Of a stretch of DNA of 64,000 bases, positions 13,965 through 27,362 are shown piece after piece. The notes beneath the pieces were generated by a model, which did not search any database, had not been told where the DNA came from, and saw only the letters and a program-made list of their open reading frames with translations. Positions within the stretch are counted from its first letter, which is position 1, and every line of letters starts with the position of its first letter. A program made the translations under genes and the position numbers. The stretch is from Macrostomum hystrix (Eukaryota > Animalia > Platyhelminthes). Where the stretch lies: positions 4,588,001 through 4,652,000 of the forward strand of contig CATNEN010000001.1 in the NCBI GenBank assembly GCA_950097015.1, given 5' to 3'.

Positions 13965-16531
13965 ATCACAAATCCTCAGATTGACTTATTACAGATCCTC
14001 AGATTGACTTATTACAGATCCTCAGATTGACCAATCACAGATCCTCAGATTGACTTATTACAGATCCTCAGATTGACTTATTACAGATCCTCAGATTGAC
14101 TTATTACAGATCCTCAGATTGACCAATCACAGATCCTCAGATTGACTTATTACAGATCCTCAGATTGACTTATTACAGATCCTCATATTGACTTATTACA
14201 GATCCTCAGATTGACCAATCACAGATCCTCAGATTGACCAATCACAGATCCTCAGATTGACCAATCACAGATCCTCATATTGACCTATTACAGATCCTCA
14301 GATTGACTTATTACAGATCCTCAGATTGACCTATTACAGATCCTCAGATTGACCAATCACAGATCCTCATATTGACCTATTACAGATCCTCAGATTGACT
14401 TATTACAGATCCTCAGATTGACCTATTACAGATCCTCAGATTGACTTATTACAGATCCTCATATTGACCTATTACAGATCCTCAGATTGACCTATTACAG
14501 ATCCTCAGATTGACTTATTACAGATCCTCAGATTGACCTATTACAGATCCTCAGATTGACCTATTACAGATCCTCATATTGACCAATCATAGATCCTCAG
14601 ATTGACCTATTACAGATCCTCAGATTGACCTATTACAGATCCTCAGATTGACCTATTACAGATCCTCATATTGACCAATCATAGATCCTCAGATTGACCT
14701 ATTACAGATCCTCAGATTGACTTATTACAGATCCTCAGATTGACTTATTACAGATCCTCAGATTGACCTATTACAGATCCTCAGATTGACCTATTACAGA
14801 TCCTCATATTGACTTATTACAGATCCTCAGATTGACCTATTACAGATCCTCAGATTGACTTATTACAGATCCTCAGATTGACCTATTACAGATCCTCATA
14901 TTGACTTATTACAGATCCTCAGATTGACCTATTACAGATCCTCAGATTGACTTATTACAGATCCTCAGATTGACTTATTACAGATCCTCATATTGACTTA
15001 TTACAGATCCTCAGATTGACCTATTACAGATCCTCAGATTGACCTATTACAGATCCTCAGATTGATCTATTACAGATCCTCAGATTGACTTATTACAGAT
15101 CCTCAGATTGACTTATTACAGATCCTCAGATTGATCTATTACAGATCCTCAGATTGACCTATTACAGATCCTCAGATTGACTTATTACAGATCCTCAGAT
15201 TGACCTATTACAGATCCTCAGATTGACCTATTTCAGATCCTCAGATTGGCAAATCAAAGATCCTCATATTGACCTATTACAGATCCTCAGATTGACCTAT
15301 TACAGATCCTCAGATTGACCTATTACAGATTCTCAGATTGACTTATTACAGATCCTCAGATTGACCAATCACATATCCTCAGATTGATCTATTACAGATC
15401 CTCAGATTGACTTATTACAGATCCTCAGATTGACCTATTTCAGATCCTCAGATTGGCAAATCAAAGATCCTCATATTGACCTATTACAGATCCTCAGATT
15501 GACCTATTACAGATCCTCAGATTGACCTATTACAGATTCTCAGATTGACTTATTACAGATCCTCAGATTGACCAATCACATATCCTCAGATTGATCTATT
15601 ACAGATCCTCAGATTGACTTATTACAGATCCTCAGATTGACTTATTACAGATCCTCAGATTGACTAATCACAGATCCTCAGATTGACCTATTACAGATCC
15701 TCAGATTGACCTATTACAGATCCTCAGATTGACCTATTACAGATCCTCAGATTGACTTATTACAGATCCTCAGATTGACCTATTACAGATCCTCAGATTG
15801 ACTTATTACAGATCCTCAGATTGACTTATTACAGATCCTCAGATTGACCTATTACAGATCCTCAGATTGACTTATTACAGATCCTCAGATTGACCTATTA
15901 CAGATCCTCAGATTGACCTATTACAGATCCTCAGATTGACCAATCACAGATCCTCAGATTGACTTATTACAGATCCTCAGATTGACCTATTACAGATCCT
16001 CAGATTGACTTATTACAGATCCTAAGATTGACTTATTACAGATCCTAAGATTGACTTATTACAGATCCTCAGATTGACTTATTACAGATCCTAAGATTGA
16101 CTTATTACAGATCCTAAGATTGACTTATTACAGATCCTCAGATTGACCTATTACAGATCATCAGATTGACCAATCACAGATCCTCAGATTGCCTTATTAC
16201 AGATCCTCAGATTGCCTTATTACAGATCCTCAGATTGACCTATTACAGATCCTCAGATTGACCAATCACAGATCCTCAGATTGACTTATTACAGATCCTA
16301 AGATTGACTTATTACAGATCCTCAGATTGACTTATTACAGATCCTCAGATTGACTTTTTACAGATCCTCAGATTGACTTATTACATATCATTAGATTGAC
16401 CAATCATAGATCCTCAGATTGACCTATTACAGATCCTCAGATTGACCTATTACAGATCCTCAGATTGACCTATTACAGATCCTCAGATTGACCTATTACA
16501 GATTCTCAGACTGACCAATCACAGATCCTCA
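13965..16531. repeat. 23-bp minisatellite between QDPR and PAK1IP1
   Basis: Unit acagatcctcagattgac(t/c)tatt, ~110 copies. Confidence 0.95.
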
Positions 16532-16617
16532 CATTAAGCCACAATAAACAGCGGCAAATCCCTAACACTTTCTTATATCCCATTCATAGTTCATTGATAT
16601 TGAAATTCTTTCTCCAG

Positions 16618-19600
16618 TCGTCCAACAGTCGTCAGCCAATCCTAGTGATTGGCACACTGGAAGGTGGCCTAGCTGGCTATTCCATTAACCTATCGAAGCT
16701 AGATAGTGATGAACCTGAAGTATTCAACTCATTATTTACCGAAGCCACTGCTCATCTGAAAGCCGTGGCATGTCTAGCTGTATCACCAGGCGGTAGTCTA
16801 GCCAGCGGTTCTCGTGACGAACAGATTGGCCTGTACAATCTAAACAATTTGCGTCGCCTAGGCCAGCTAATGCAGCACGAAGGCGGACTCACAGATTTGG
16901 CATTCTACAATGATACTCACCTGCTTAGCTGCAGTCAGGATAAAAGCTTGGCTATTTGGTCCTGTCGCGGCTGGGAATGCCTTAGAACTCTGCGCAGGCA
17001 TAAGGCTAGCGTTAAATCTTTGGCTCTGCATTCTAGCGGTCGACTGGCTATGACCATTGGCGACGATTGCACTCTGCGAGCCTGGAATCTGGTGCGCGGA
17101 CGACAGGGGTGAGATTTTGATGATTTTTCTCTGGGTGAGATTTTGATGATTTGTTCTCTGGGGTGAGATTTTGATGATTTTTCTCTGGGGTGAGATTTTG
17201 ATGATTTGTTCTCTGGGGTGAGATTTTGATGATTTTTTCTTTGGGGTTAGATTTTGATGATTTTTTCTCTCTTGTGAGATTTTTATGATGTGTTCTCTGG
17301 GGTGAGATTTTAAAGATGACTTCTCTAGGGGTGAGTTTTTTGAGATTGTATTCTCTAGGGAAGAGATTTTTTAGATTGTGTTCTCTAGGGATGAGATTTT
17401 TTAGATTGTGTTCTCTGGGGGTGAGATTTTTGAGATTGTGTTCTCTAGGGATGAGATTTTTTAGATTGTGTTCTTCTGGGGGTGAGATTTTTTAGATTGC
17501 GTTCTCTGGGGTGAGATTTTTGAGATTGTGTTCTCTAGGGATGAGATTTTTTAGATTGTGTTCTTCTGGGGGTGAGATTTTTTAGATTGTGTTCTCCTGG
17601 GGTGAGATTTTTGAGATTGTGTTCTCCTGGGGTGAGATTTTTGAGATTGTGTTCTCTAGGGATGAGATTTTTTAGATTGTGTTCTTCTGGGGGTGAGATT
17701 TTTTAGATTGCGTTCTCTGGGGTGAGATTTTTGAGATTGTGTTCTCTAGGGATGAGATTTTTTAGATTGTGTTCTTCTGGGGGTGAGATTTTTGAGATTG
17801 TGTTCTCCTGGGGTGAGATTATTGAGATTGTGTTCTCCTGGGGTGAGATTATTGAGATTGTGTTCTCCTGGGGGTGAGATTTTTTAGATTGTGTTCTCCT
17901 GGGGGTGAGATTTTTTAGATTGTGTTCTCCTGGGGGTAAGATCTTCAGATTGTGTTTTCTAGGGGTGAGATTTTTTAGGTTTTTTTCAACTTTGGAAGAT
18001 GTTTTCTCCTGTGTTCTCTGTGGTTGGGTGAGTTTTCTACCATGTGCTTTCCCGAGCGTGATTAAAAACAGTTTTTTCGTGGTCAAATTTTGAAGGCTAA
18101 ACAATTAAACTGAGCTAAATTATTGACATAGTTTCTAGAAATTAAGATCTTAGCTCTATTAGTTGCACAGTGCCTCTCTATTAAGATTAGTTAGCTATGC
18201 AGTTTAACTTTCTGTTTATTCTACTCAGGTCTAACTAATAACAGGCGTTTCAAAATCTTTGCTTTATTTTTATAAACAATTTGCATAGGGTTCCAATCGT
18301 GTGGCGTAAACAGTTTTAGGTGAATTGTTAACTATAATTTTCTTACATGTCGTATTTGTCATAATGGTACGCAAATCATGTAGTGTGACATTGATTAGTT
18401 TCAAAATAGGCTTTCAGGCCTTCTTAATATAAAATGTCAATTTTCACATATTTTGACTTCTGTACTTCCTATTTAAGGATTTAATTGCTTCATCTGAGAT
18501 AAGGAGGTCGGTGGCAGAGCGGTTAACGCGTTTGCCTCTCGCACCATGGTCCTTAAGTTCGATTCCACGGCGAGGCCACATTTATTTGGCGCGCAGCCGC
18601 GGAGAGAAGGCTTGGGGGCTTGTCGTGCAATTTACGCTCTTCAGCGCCAACCTCCAAGGCACAGTGAAGTGTACACTGCCTGACATGAGAAAGTCAGGGC
18701 AGATGTACACACCTTTATAAGCGTATGCCTGCGTACAGTATCTGTGTGCGTGTGTGCTGTGGGATTTTTGTCTGCCTAATGAGATCCGTTATGGGATTTG
18801 ATTATGGTTGTCATTGAGCATATTATGGGATTTCATTGAGCATATTATGGGATTTCATTGAGCATATTATGGGATTTCATTGAGTATATTATGGGATTTC
18901 ATTGAGTATATTATGGGATTTCATTGAGTATATTATGGGATTTCATTGAGCATATTATGGGATTTCATTGTGCATATTATGGGATTTCATTGAGCATATT
19001 ATGGGATTTCATTGAGCATATTATGGGATTTCATTGAGTATATTATGGGATTTCATTGAGTATATTATGGGATTTCATTGAGTATATTATGGGATTTCAT
19101 TGAGTATATTATGGGATTTCATTGAGCATATTATGGGATTTCATTGAGTATATTATGGGATTTAATTGAGCATATTATGGGATTTCATTGAGCATATTAT
19201 GGGATTTCATTGAGCATATTATGGGATTTCATTGAGTATATTATGGGATTTCATTGAGTATATTATGGGATTTCATTGAGTATATTATGGGATTTCATTG
19301 AGTATATTATGGGATTTCATTGAGCATATTATGGGACTTCATTGAGTATATTATGGGATTTCATTGAGTATATTATGGGATTTCATTGAGCATATTATGG
19401 GATTTCATTGAGCATATTATGGGACTTCATTGAGTATATAATGGGATTTCATAGTGCATATTATGGGATTTCATTGTGCATATTATGGGATTTCATTGAG
19501 TATATTATGGGATTTCATTGAGTATATTATGGGATTTCATTGAGTATATTATGGGATTTCATTGAGTATATTATGGGATTTCATTGAGTATATTATGGGA

Positions 19601-22600
19601 TTTCATTGAGTATATTATGGGATTTCATTGAGCATATTATGGGATTTCATTGAGCATATTATGGGACTTCATTGAGTATATAATGGGATTTCATAGTGCA
19701 TATTATGGGATTTCATTGAGCATATTATGGGATTTCATTGTGCATATTATGGGATTTCATTGAGTATATACTGGGATTTCATTGTGCATATTATGGGATT
19801 TCATTGTGCATATTATGGGATTTCATTGAGCATATTATGGGATTTCATTGTGCATATTATGGGATTTCATTGTGCATATTATGGGATTTCATTGAGCATA
19901 TTATGGGATTTCATTGTGCATATTATGGGATTTCATTGAGTATATTATGGGATTTCATTGTGCATATTATGGGATTTCATTGAGTATATTATGGGATTTC
20001 ATTGAGCATATTATGGGACTTCATTGAGCATATTATGGGATTTCATTGAGCATATTATGGGATTTCATTGTGCATATTATGTGATTTCATTGTGCATATT
20101 ATGGGATTTCATTGAGCATATTATGGGATTTCATTGAGCATATTATGGGACTTCATTGAGTATATTATGGGATTTCATTGAGCATATTATGGGACTTCAT
20201 TGAGCATATTATGGGATTTCATTGAGCATATTATGGGATTCATTGAGCATATTATGGGATTTCATTGAGTATATTATGGGATTTCATTGTGCATATTATG
20301 TGATTTCATTGTGCATATTATGGGATTTCATTGAGCATATTATGGGATTTCATTGAGCATATTATGGGACTTCATTGAGCATATTATGGGATTTCATTGA
20401 GCATATTATGGGACTTCATTGAGCATATTATGGGATTTCATTGAGCATATTATGGGATTTCATTGAGCATATAATGGGATTCATTGAGCATATTATGGGA
20501 TTTCATTTAGTATATTATGGGATTTCATTGAGCATATTATGGGATTTCATTGAGCATATTATCGGACTTCATTGAGCATATTATGGGATTTCATTGAGCA
20601 TATTATGGGATTTCATTGAGCATATTATGGGATTTCATTGAGCATATTATGGGATTTCATAGTGCATATTATGGGATTTCATTGAGCATATTATGGGATT
20701 TCATTGAGCATATTATCGGACTTCATTGAGCATATTATGGGATTTCATTGAGCATATTATGGGATTTCATTGAGCATATTATGGGATTTCATTGAGCATA
20801 TTATGGGATTTCATTGAGCATATTATGGGATTTCATTGAGCATATTATGGGACTTCATTGAGCATATTATGGGATTTCATTGAGCATATTATGGGACTTC
20901 ATTGAGCATATTATGGGATTTCATTGTGCATATTATGGGATTTCATTGAGCATATTATGGGATTTCATTGAGCATATTATGGGATTTCATTGAGCATATT
21001 ATGGGACTTCATTGAGCATATTATGGGATTTCATTGAGCATATTATGTGATTTCATTGAGCATATTATGGGACTTCATTGAGCATATTATGGGATTTCAT
21101 TGAGCATATTATGGGATTTCATTGAGCATATTATGGGATTTCATTGAGCATATTATGGGATTTCATTGAGCATATTATGGGATTTCATTGAGCATATTAT
21201 GGGATTTCATTGAGCATATTATGGGATTTCATTGAGCATATTATGGGACTTCATTGAGCATATTATGGGATTTCATTGAGCATATTATCGGATTTCATTG
21301 AGCATATAATCGGATTTCATTAAGCATTAAGTTCTGATATAGTACAATATTTTCTGATTTCCTTCCCAAATTTATCCCTGCTACATTTTGCAGCTACGCT
21401 CTGAAGTTGAAGCGCCAGCCAGACTCCATAGTCTGGTGCAGCCCAGTCTCCTATGCTGTAGTCTATCCTGACTGCATTGATTTTCACGGCGTAAATGATT
21501 GCGAAGTGCGTCACACCTGGAAGCCAACGGCTAAGAGTGGCGCAATCGCTGTCACCTGCGTTCGGGTTGTCCTGTTTCTTAAAGACGATAGAAATTCGTC
21601 TACTATGCTGATTGGCCGATCAGATAGTGTGCTCACCTGTCTGAGTGCTATCGATGGCGAGCTCATTGTTGAGGGCTCGCTACTTCAGCAACAGCAGCAG
21701 CAGCAGGACACTGGCGCTGGTCGAATCAAAGACACCGCCGGTTGGTTAGACGTTGACACTAATCAACAAATTATTGCCGCCGTGTGCACCGGCAGGTAAG
21801 TCAAATGGAGAAACGCTTATCTAAATATAAATTTTTGTTTTTGCGTCCCTACTGAGTAGAAATAGGTAGGTATTAAATACCAATTAGGTATTAAAGCTGA
21901 ATTATTAATTTTTCAAAATATATTTAGGCTTCAAAATATCCTCACTGAGCTACTGAGAGTAGAAATATGCAAACATTTGACATCAAAACTTGACTCTAAA
22001 TTTCAATATCGCTACAAAAGATCCTCACTGAGCTACTTAGAGTAGACATGTGCAAATATTTTACTTAAAACTTGACTCTAAATTTTAATATCGCTACAAA
22101 AGATCCTCACTGGGCTACTGAGAGTAGAAATGTGCAAATATTTGACATCAAAACTTGACTCTAAATTTCAATATCGCTACAAAAGATCCTCACTGGGCTA
22201 CTGAGAGTAGACATGTGCAAATATTTTACTTAAAACTTGACTCTACATTTCAATATCGCTACAAAAGATCCTCACTGAGCTACTTAGAGTAGACATGTGC
22301 AAATATTTTACTTAAAACTTAACTCTATATTTTAATATCGCTACAAAAGATCCTCAGTGAGCTACTGAGAGTAGAAATGAGCAAGTATTTGACATCAAAA
22401 CTTGACTCTAAATTTCGGTACAAAAGAAATATGTTGTCTTAACTTTAGATTGTTCATTGTTTAATAATCAGCTAATAGCATTTAATTATGCAATAGTTAG
22501 CCTAAATTCTAGCTGTTACGAAATCTCTGACTCATCTCCTAACTTGGCTACTAACAGTAGAAGGATAATATACAGTATTTATTATTTTTTCAGAGACGTC

Positions 22601-22984
22601 AACTGCATTGCGTTGGCTAGCCTGGATGCCGCCAATTCTAAACTGCAGCTTCTGCATCGTTTAGATTTGCAGACTACTTGTCGGCCGACTTGTTGCCTAG
22701 TTTGGATACCGCCTAACTTGCCAGACTCTGAACCGGAAGCTGCGCCGGAAGAAGATTCCGAACCGGAAGCTGCGCCGGAAGAAGATTCCGAACCGGAAGC
22801 TGCGCCGGAAGAAGATTCCGAACCGGAAGCTGCGCCGGAAGAAGATTCTGAACCGGAAGCTGCGCCGGAAGAAGATTCCGAACCGGAAGCGCCCATGCCG
22901 CCGCCAGAAAAGAAGACGAGGCGAATAAGTCTAGCTGGGAAGCAGAAGCCAAAACAACAAAAAAAGAGGAAAAGCGCTGATTAA
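16618..22984 (+). CDS. PAK1IP1: PAK1-interacting protein 1 / Mak11-like WD40 ribosome biogenesis factor, 3 exons; no genomic ATG at the N-terminus
   Basis: Exons 16618-17108, 21394-21795 and 22594-22984 (both introns phase 2). N-terminal ILVIGTLEGGLAGY resembles the family start (LVAGxYExxLxG). WD40 repeats LASGSRDEQIGLYNL, LLSCSQDKSLAIW, HSSGRLAMTIGDDCTLRAWNLVRGR; CRPTCC and a basic tail at the C-terminus. Confidence 0.85.
17105..17980. repeat. ~27-29 bp minisatellite starting at the PAK1IP1 intron-1 donor
   Basis: Unit ggggtgagattttttagattgtgttctct. Confidence 0.9.
18503..18760 (+). mobile_element. tRNA-derived SINE family B (3'-truncated)
   Basis: Head gtggcagagcggttaacgc...gttcgattcc; body shared with the copies at 24555 and 26780. 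Confidence 0.8.
18790..21322. repeat. 22-bp minisatellite in PAK1IP1 intron 1
   Basis: Unit tattatgggatttcattgagca. Confidence 0.95.
21935..22415. repeat. ~82-bp tandem repeat (~6 copies) in PAK1IP1 intron 2
   Basis: atcctcactgagctactgagagtag...aaacttgactctaaatttcaatatcgctacaaaag recurs at 82-bp spacing (e.g. 22021, 22103). Confidence 0.9.
22724..22891 (+). repeat. Coding 30-bp repeat (DSEPEAAPEE, ~5.5 copies) in PAK1IP1 last exon
   Basis: gattccgaaccggaagctgcgccggaagaa repeated in frame. Confidence 0.9.
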
Positions 22985-23169
22985 AAACTGAATTTCTGCA
23001 TTTTTCAACCCATTTTTAGGTGACTCGGCGATCGTTTGCGTCAGTTTTTTGAAAAGTACATAATTTTTTGCCGTCTGGCACTAGTTACAAGTCAGTTTCA
23101 GGAATAAAATTACTGCTATTACCGAGTCTTGACTTTTTTGCTATCTTAATCCCCATCTTACTGGCTATC

Positions 23170-23610
23170 CCTATCCTATATCTAATCTTTCCCATCTCAC
23201 ATCTAGTCTCCCCCCATCCGATATCTAATCTCTCCCCATCTCACATCTAGTCTCTCCACATCTAATATCTAATCTCTCCCAATCTCACATCTAGTCTCTC
23301 CCCATCCAAATTTCTAATCTCTCCCTATCTTACATAGTCTCTCCGCATCCAATATCTAAACTCTCCCCATCTCACATCTAGTCTCTCCCCATCCAATATC
23401 CAATCTCTCCCCATCTCACATCTAGCCTCTCCGCATCCAATTATCTATCTCTTATCTAGTCCTTCAACATCTCACATCTAGTCTCCCCAAATCTCAAATA
23501 TAGTCTCTAACCATCTCCTAGTCGCTCCCCATCTGATATCTTGTGGCTCCCTATCTCAAGTTAAGTCTCTCCAATCTCACATCTAGTCTCTTCCTATTTC
23601 TAGTCTTGCA
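23170..23610. repeat. Degenerate CT-rich minisatellite between PAK1IP1 and HBS1L
   Basis: Repeated tctcacatctagtctctcccc / ccaatatctaatctctcccc. Confidence 0.8.
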
Positions 23611-23823
23611 TTTTAATTTATGAAAATCTCAGTTTTCTACTTCGTCTGTTCAGAGAGGCATAAAAATAACATTTTATAATTATATAAGAAACAACTAATT
23701 TGCTAATCTGTTCTTCTACAGCAATCAATCGACTAAGCTATTAGCAAGCTAAATAAATATAGACAATAGAGCTGCAATTAAAAGTGCAAGTAAAAAACAG
23801 AATCTACCTAACAGAGCCGCTAG

Positions 23824-26800
23824 ATGTCACGTCGGCGAGTTAAAAACGTCGCGTACAACGAAGATCAAGACTACGACATTGAAGAATCATTTGGCCACTC
23901 TCTAGACGAGGAGCCGGCATTCGGTGTATCGCCAGCTACAGCCAATGCCTACCTGTTCGTTAGGGACAAGGAGACAGGCGGCAGGGTCGCTCAGCCGTTG
24001 CCAGATCTCACCGAGGAGCCAATTCAGCAGCCGGCGGTCCAGATGGCACGGCTGCACGTGGCCACAGCCGGTCCGGCGCACAGCGTTAAAGTTGGCTTCG
24101 CCGGAGCCGTAGCCGTCTCGCCGTCGATGCCGTCGCCGAGGTATCCGCAGATTATTCAGCAGCAGCAGCAGCAGCAGTTGTTGGCAAGCGGTAGCGCCAG
24201 CAATTCTCGCAGCGCTAGTCCGGCGCCATCCCGTAAAAATTGCGCCCCAGTTGACAACGCAGCTGCCACTTCCAGCGGTTCAAACACTGAAACTGGAGAT
24301 TCAACCGATGCTTCCACGGCAGCCACCGAGGCTTATAAACGATATTGTGCCAATCTTGGAGATAGATCCATGATTAATCTAGTGATTATTGGCCACGTGG
24401 ATGCCGGCAAGAGTACACTCATTGGTCACCTGTTGTACCTGTTAGGCGCAGTCAGTCAGAAGGTTATTCAACGATATGAACAGGTAAGATGCGAAATCTG
24501 GGTGTAAACCATAGATTAAAACACAGCTAGTCTCTTTCTCTACCGTCTCTCACGGGGGGTCGGTGGCAGAGCGGTTAACGCATTCGCCTCTCGCACCATA
24601 GTACCTAGGTTCGATTCCGCGGCGAGGCCACATTCATTTGGGGCGCAGCCGCGGAGAGAAGGCTTTGGCGGCTCGTCGTGAAATTTACGCCCTCTAAGGG
24701 CCAACCTCCAAGGCACAGTGAAGTGTACACTGCCTGAGAAGCTCAGGGCAGGTGTACACACCTGTGTGAGCGTATGCGTCATGCGTGGCATCTGTGTGCG
24801 TGTGTGCTTAGAAGTCAGCGAATTGGGCAGAATTGCCTCCTCGCTGGCTGCGGGTTTAGTGTTACCAAATAATTTGCCATTGCTTGCAACACTCCTGCAA
24901 TGATGATGATTATTATTATCATTTATTATCGTTTCTCACGAGACATCTAATCTCTATATCTACAGTCTCTCTCAGAGTCATCTAGTCCTACCCACTCTAT
25001 ATCATAGCTTCTAGAGCATTAAAGTACATCGGCCCCCCAAAAACTCAGGAGTGCCGCAAAGCCGGCAAGCCCAGCTTTCAATTCGCCTGGGTCCTAGACG
25101 AAAGCGAAGAAGAACGCCAACGCGGTGTCACAATGGACGTGGCGCGCAGTCAATTGAGCACACCGCATCGCATAGTGAACCTGCTGGACTGTCCCGGACA
25201 CAAAGATTTCATACCAAATATGATCAGCGGCGCAATGGCTGCGGATGCCGCATTGTTAGTTATCAATGCCACTAGGGGAGAATTCGAGAGCGGATTTGAT
25301 CAAGGCGGCCAGACTAGGGAGCACGCCCTATTGGCCAGAGGTCTCGGTATCAATCAGCTAGTTGTGGCCGTTAATAAAATGGACACCACCGGCTGGTCCG
25401 AGACTAGATTCGCTGAGATTCGCGACAAACTCGGCGTCTATTTAAAATCGGTTGGCTTCAAGCCAGATAGCGTGACCTATTGTCCGGTCTCTGGCCTGGA
25501 TGGCGCCAATTTGAATAAGCCTCCGCCTGCCGAACTGTGTCCTTGGTAATCAACGGCACTGTTTATGTGTCTCTGCAATAATTAAGTTGTTTAGTAGACA
25601 TGTAGGTGGATAGTTTAGTAGACAGGTAGATGTGGACTGTTAAGTAGATAGGTAGGGTGGACAGTTGAGTAGACAGGTAGGGTGGACAGTTTAGGTAGAC
25701 AGGTAGAAGTGGACAGTTTAGTAGACAGGTAGGGTGGACAGGTAGAAGTGGACTGTTAAGTAGACAGGTAGAAGTGGACAGTTTGGTAGACAGGTATGGT
25801 AGACAGTTAAGTAGACAGGTAGAAATGGACAGTTTGGTAGACAGGTAGGGTGGACAGTTTAGGTAGACAGGTTGGGTGGAAATTTTAGGTAGACAGGTTG
25901 GGTGGACAGTTTAGGTAGACAGGTAGGGTGGACAGTTTGGTAGTCAGGTTGGGTGGACAGTTTCGTAGACAGGTAGGGTGGACATATCCATTTGGTAGAC
26001 AGTTGAAGTGGACAGGAATCTGCATTTCAGGTACGCATCTGGTCCAACCCTAGTGGACCTAATCGATCGCCTAACCCCGCCGCCTCGAGCTGTCGACAAG
26101 CCGTTGCGTTTCTACATCGCCGAGGTGTCGACCGGTGGTCGGGCCGGCTCCGTCGCCTGCTTCGGCAGCGTCCTCTCGGGCTACGTGGCGCCCAATCACA
26201 AGCTGCTTCTGTTGCCAGCTAATCAACGCGTCACTGTGAAAGCCGCAGCCAGCTCTAGCGGTCCGGAATCTTCCGGCGTTGCCATGGGAACAGCTGGCGC
26301 TTCGGCAATCTTCGCCGGCGACTCCGGGACGCTCAACGTTGCGGGCGTGGACGCGGCTCACTTCGGTCCCGGCTCAGTGTTGTCCTCGTTGAACTCGCCG
26401 TGTCCTTGCACTAATAGGCTGAAAGCTAAACTGCTCCTGTTAAATGTTAGCCAGCCCGTTACTAAGGTGAGGGACATTGGATTCACCTATTTCTTGTCGT
26501 CTAACTTATGTTCGTGACTCAACTCATTTTTCGTTACCCTAATAATTACCTTCTCAAGACCTTATGATCTGTGGTGTATTTTCAAATGACCAATGATTCA
26601 ATTGTGACCATCCCTATGACCAATACTTTTTTATGACCTACCCTATGACCAATAATTCTATTGAGACCTTCCCTATGACCACTAATTTAATTATGACCTT
26701 CCCTATGACCAATAATTCCATTGTGAACCTACCTTCTAGCCTATATTTCGAGTATGATTTATCCTACCTTATAACACCTGGGGGTGAGTAGCAGAGCGGT

Positions 26801-27362
26801 TAATGCCTTTAACACTTGCACCGAGGTCCCTGAGCTCGATTCCGCGGCGGGGCCACATTCATTTGAGGCATGGTGGCTTGTCATGCAGTTTACTCCCTTG
26901 AGGGCCAACCTCCAAGGCACAGTAAGATTGTCCACTGCCTGACGTTGAGAAATTCAGGCCAGATGTACACAGCTGTGTGTGAGGTTGTGTATGGGTGCAC
27001 TCTGTGTGCGTGTGTGTGCGTACCAATTTATGAGCCTAATTTAACAATTCATTGCCGCCAATCTTCCGCAGGGCTATCAGGCAATATTCCATCAACAGGG
27101 AGTGACAGTTCCGGTTACACTAATCCGACTGCTGGCCCAGATTAACAAATCCACCGGCCAGCTGGAGCGCAGACATCCGCGCTACATCCTTAGCAACTGT
27201 TGCGCCGAAGTTGAACTACAATTGGAGCGCCCATTGTGCCTGGATCTGTACACCAACAGTCGGGAGTTAGGCAAATTCATGCTCAGAGATCGGGGAGTGA
27301 CTGTGGCAGCCGGGACCGTTGTGGCTCTGCGGCCGACTGACTCGAGTCAGCCACCTCTGTGA
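23824..27362 (+). CDS. HBS1L: HBS1-like translational GTPase, 4 exons, ~627 aa
   Basis: Exons 23824-24483, 25049-25545, 26031-26466 and 27072-27362. HBS1-type N-terminus ([14 protein letters not shown]...[11 protein letters not shown]). G1 [29 protein letters not shown]3 [17 protein letters not shown]4 NKMD, C-terminal [16 protein letters not shown]. Confidence 0.93.
24555..24926 (+). mobile_element. Full-length tRNA-derived SINE family B in HBS1L intron 1
   Basis: A/B-box head, conserved body, (tga)/(tta) tail, imperfect TSD taccgtctctcacg / tatcgtttctcacg. Confidence 0.85.
25590..26015. repeat. ~25-bp minisatellite in HBS1L intron 2
   Basis: Unit gtagacaggtagggtggacagttta. Confidence 0.9.
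26585..26735. repeat. 30-bp degenerate tandem repeat in HBS1L intron 3
   Basis: ccctatgaccaataattc(t/c)attg(a/t)gacctt-like units. Confidence 0.75.
26780..27020 (+). mobile_element. Diverged SINE family B copy in HBS1L intron 3
   Basis: gtagcagagcggttaatgc...gctcgattccgcggcggggccacattcatttg...ccaacctccaaggcacagt. Confidence 0.75.

Noticed and set aside
18503-18580. tRNA genes at 3201, 18503, 24555, 26780 and 43051
   Set aside because: A/B boxes are present but there is no proper acceptor stem, and most are followed by shared SINE bodies, tails or TSDs.
13965-21322. CRISPR-like regularly spaced repeats
   Set aside because: Units are head-to-tail with no unique spacers, there are no cas genes, and the context is eukaryotic.
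24810-24900. HDV-like ribozyme suggested by gcctcctcgctggc in SINE B
   Set aside because: I could form only a simple hairpin (agtcagcga/tcgctggct), not the nested double pseudoknot, and the segment is missing from other copies.
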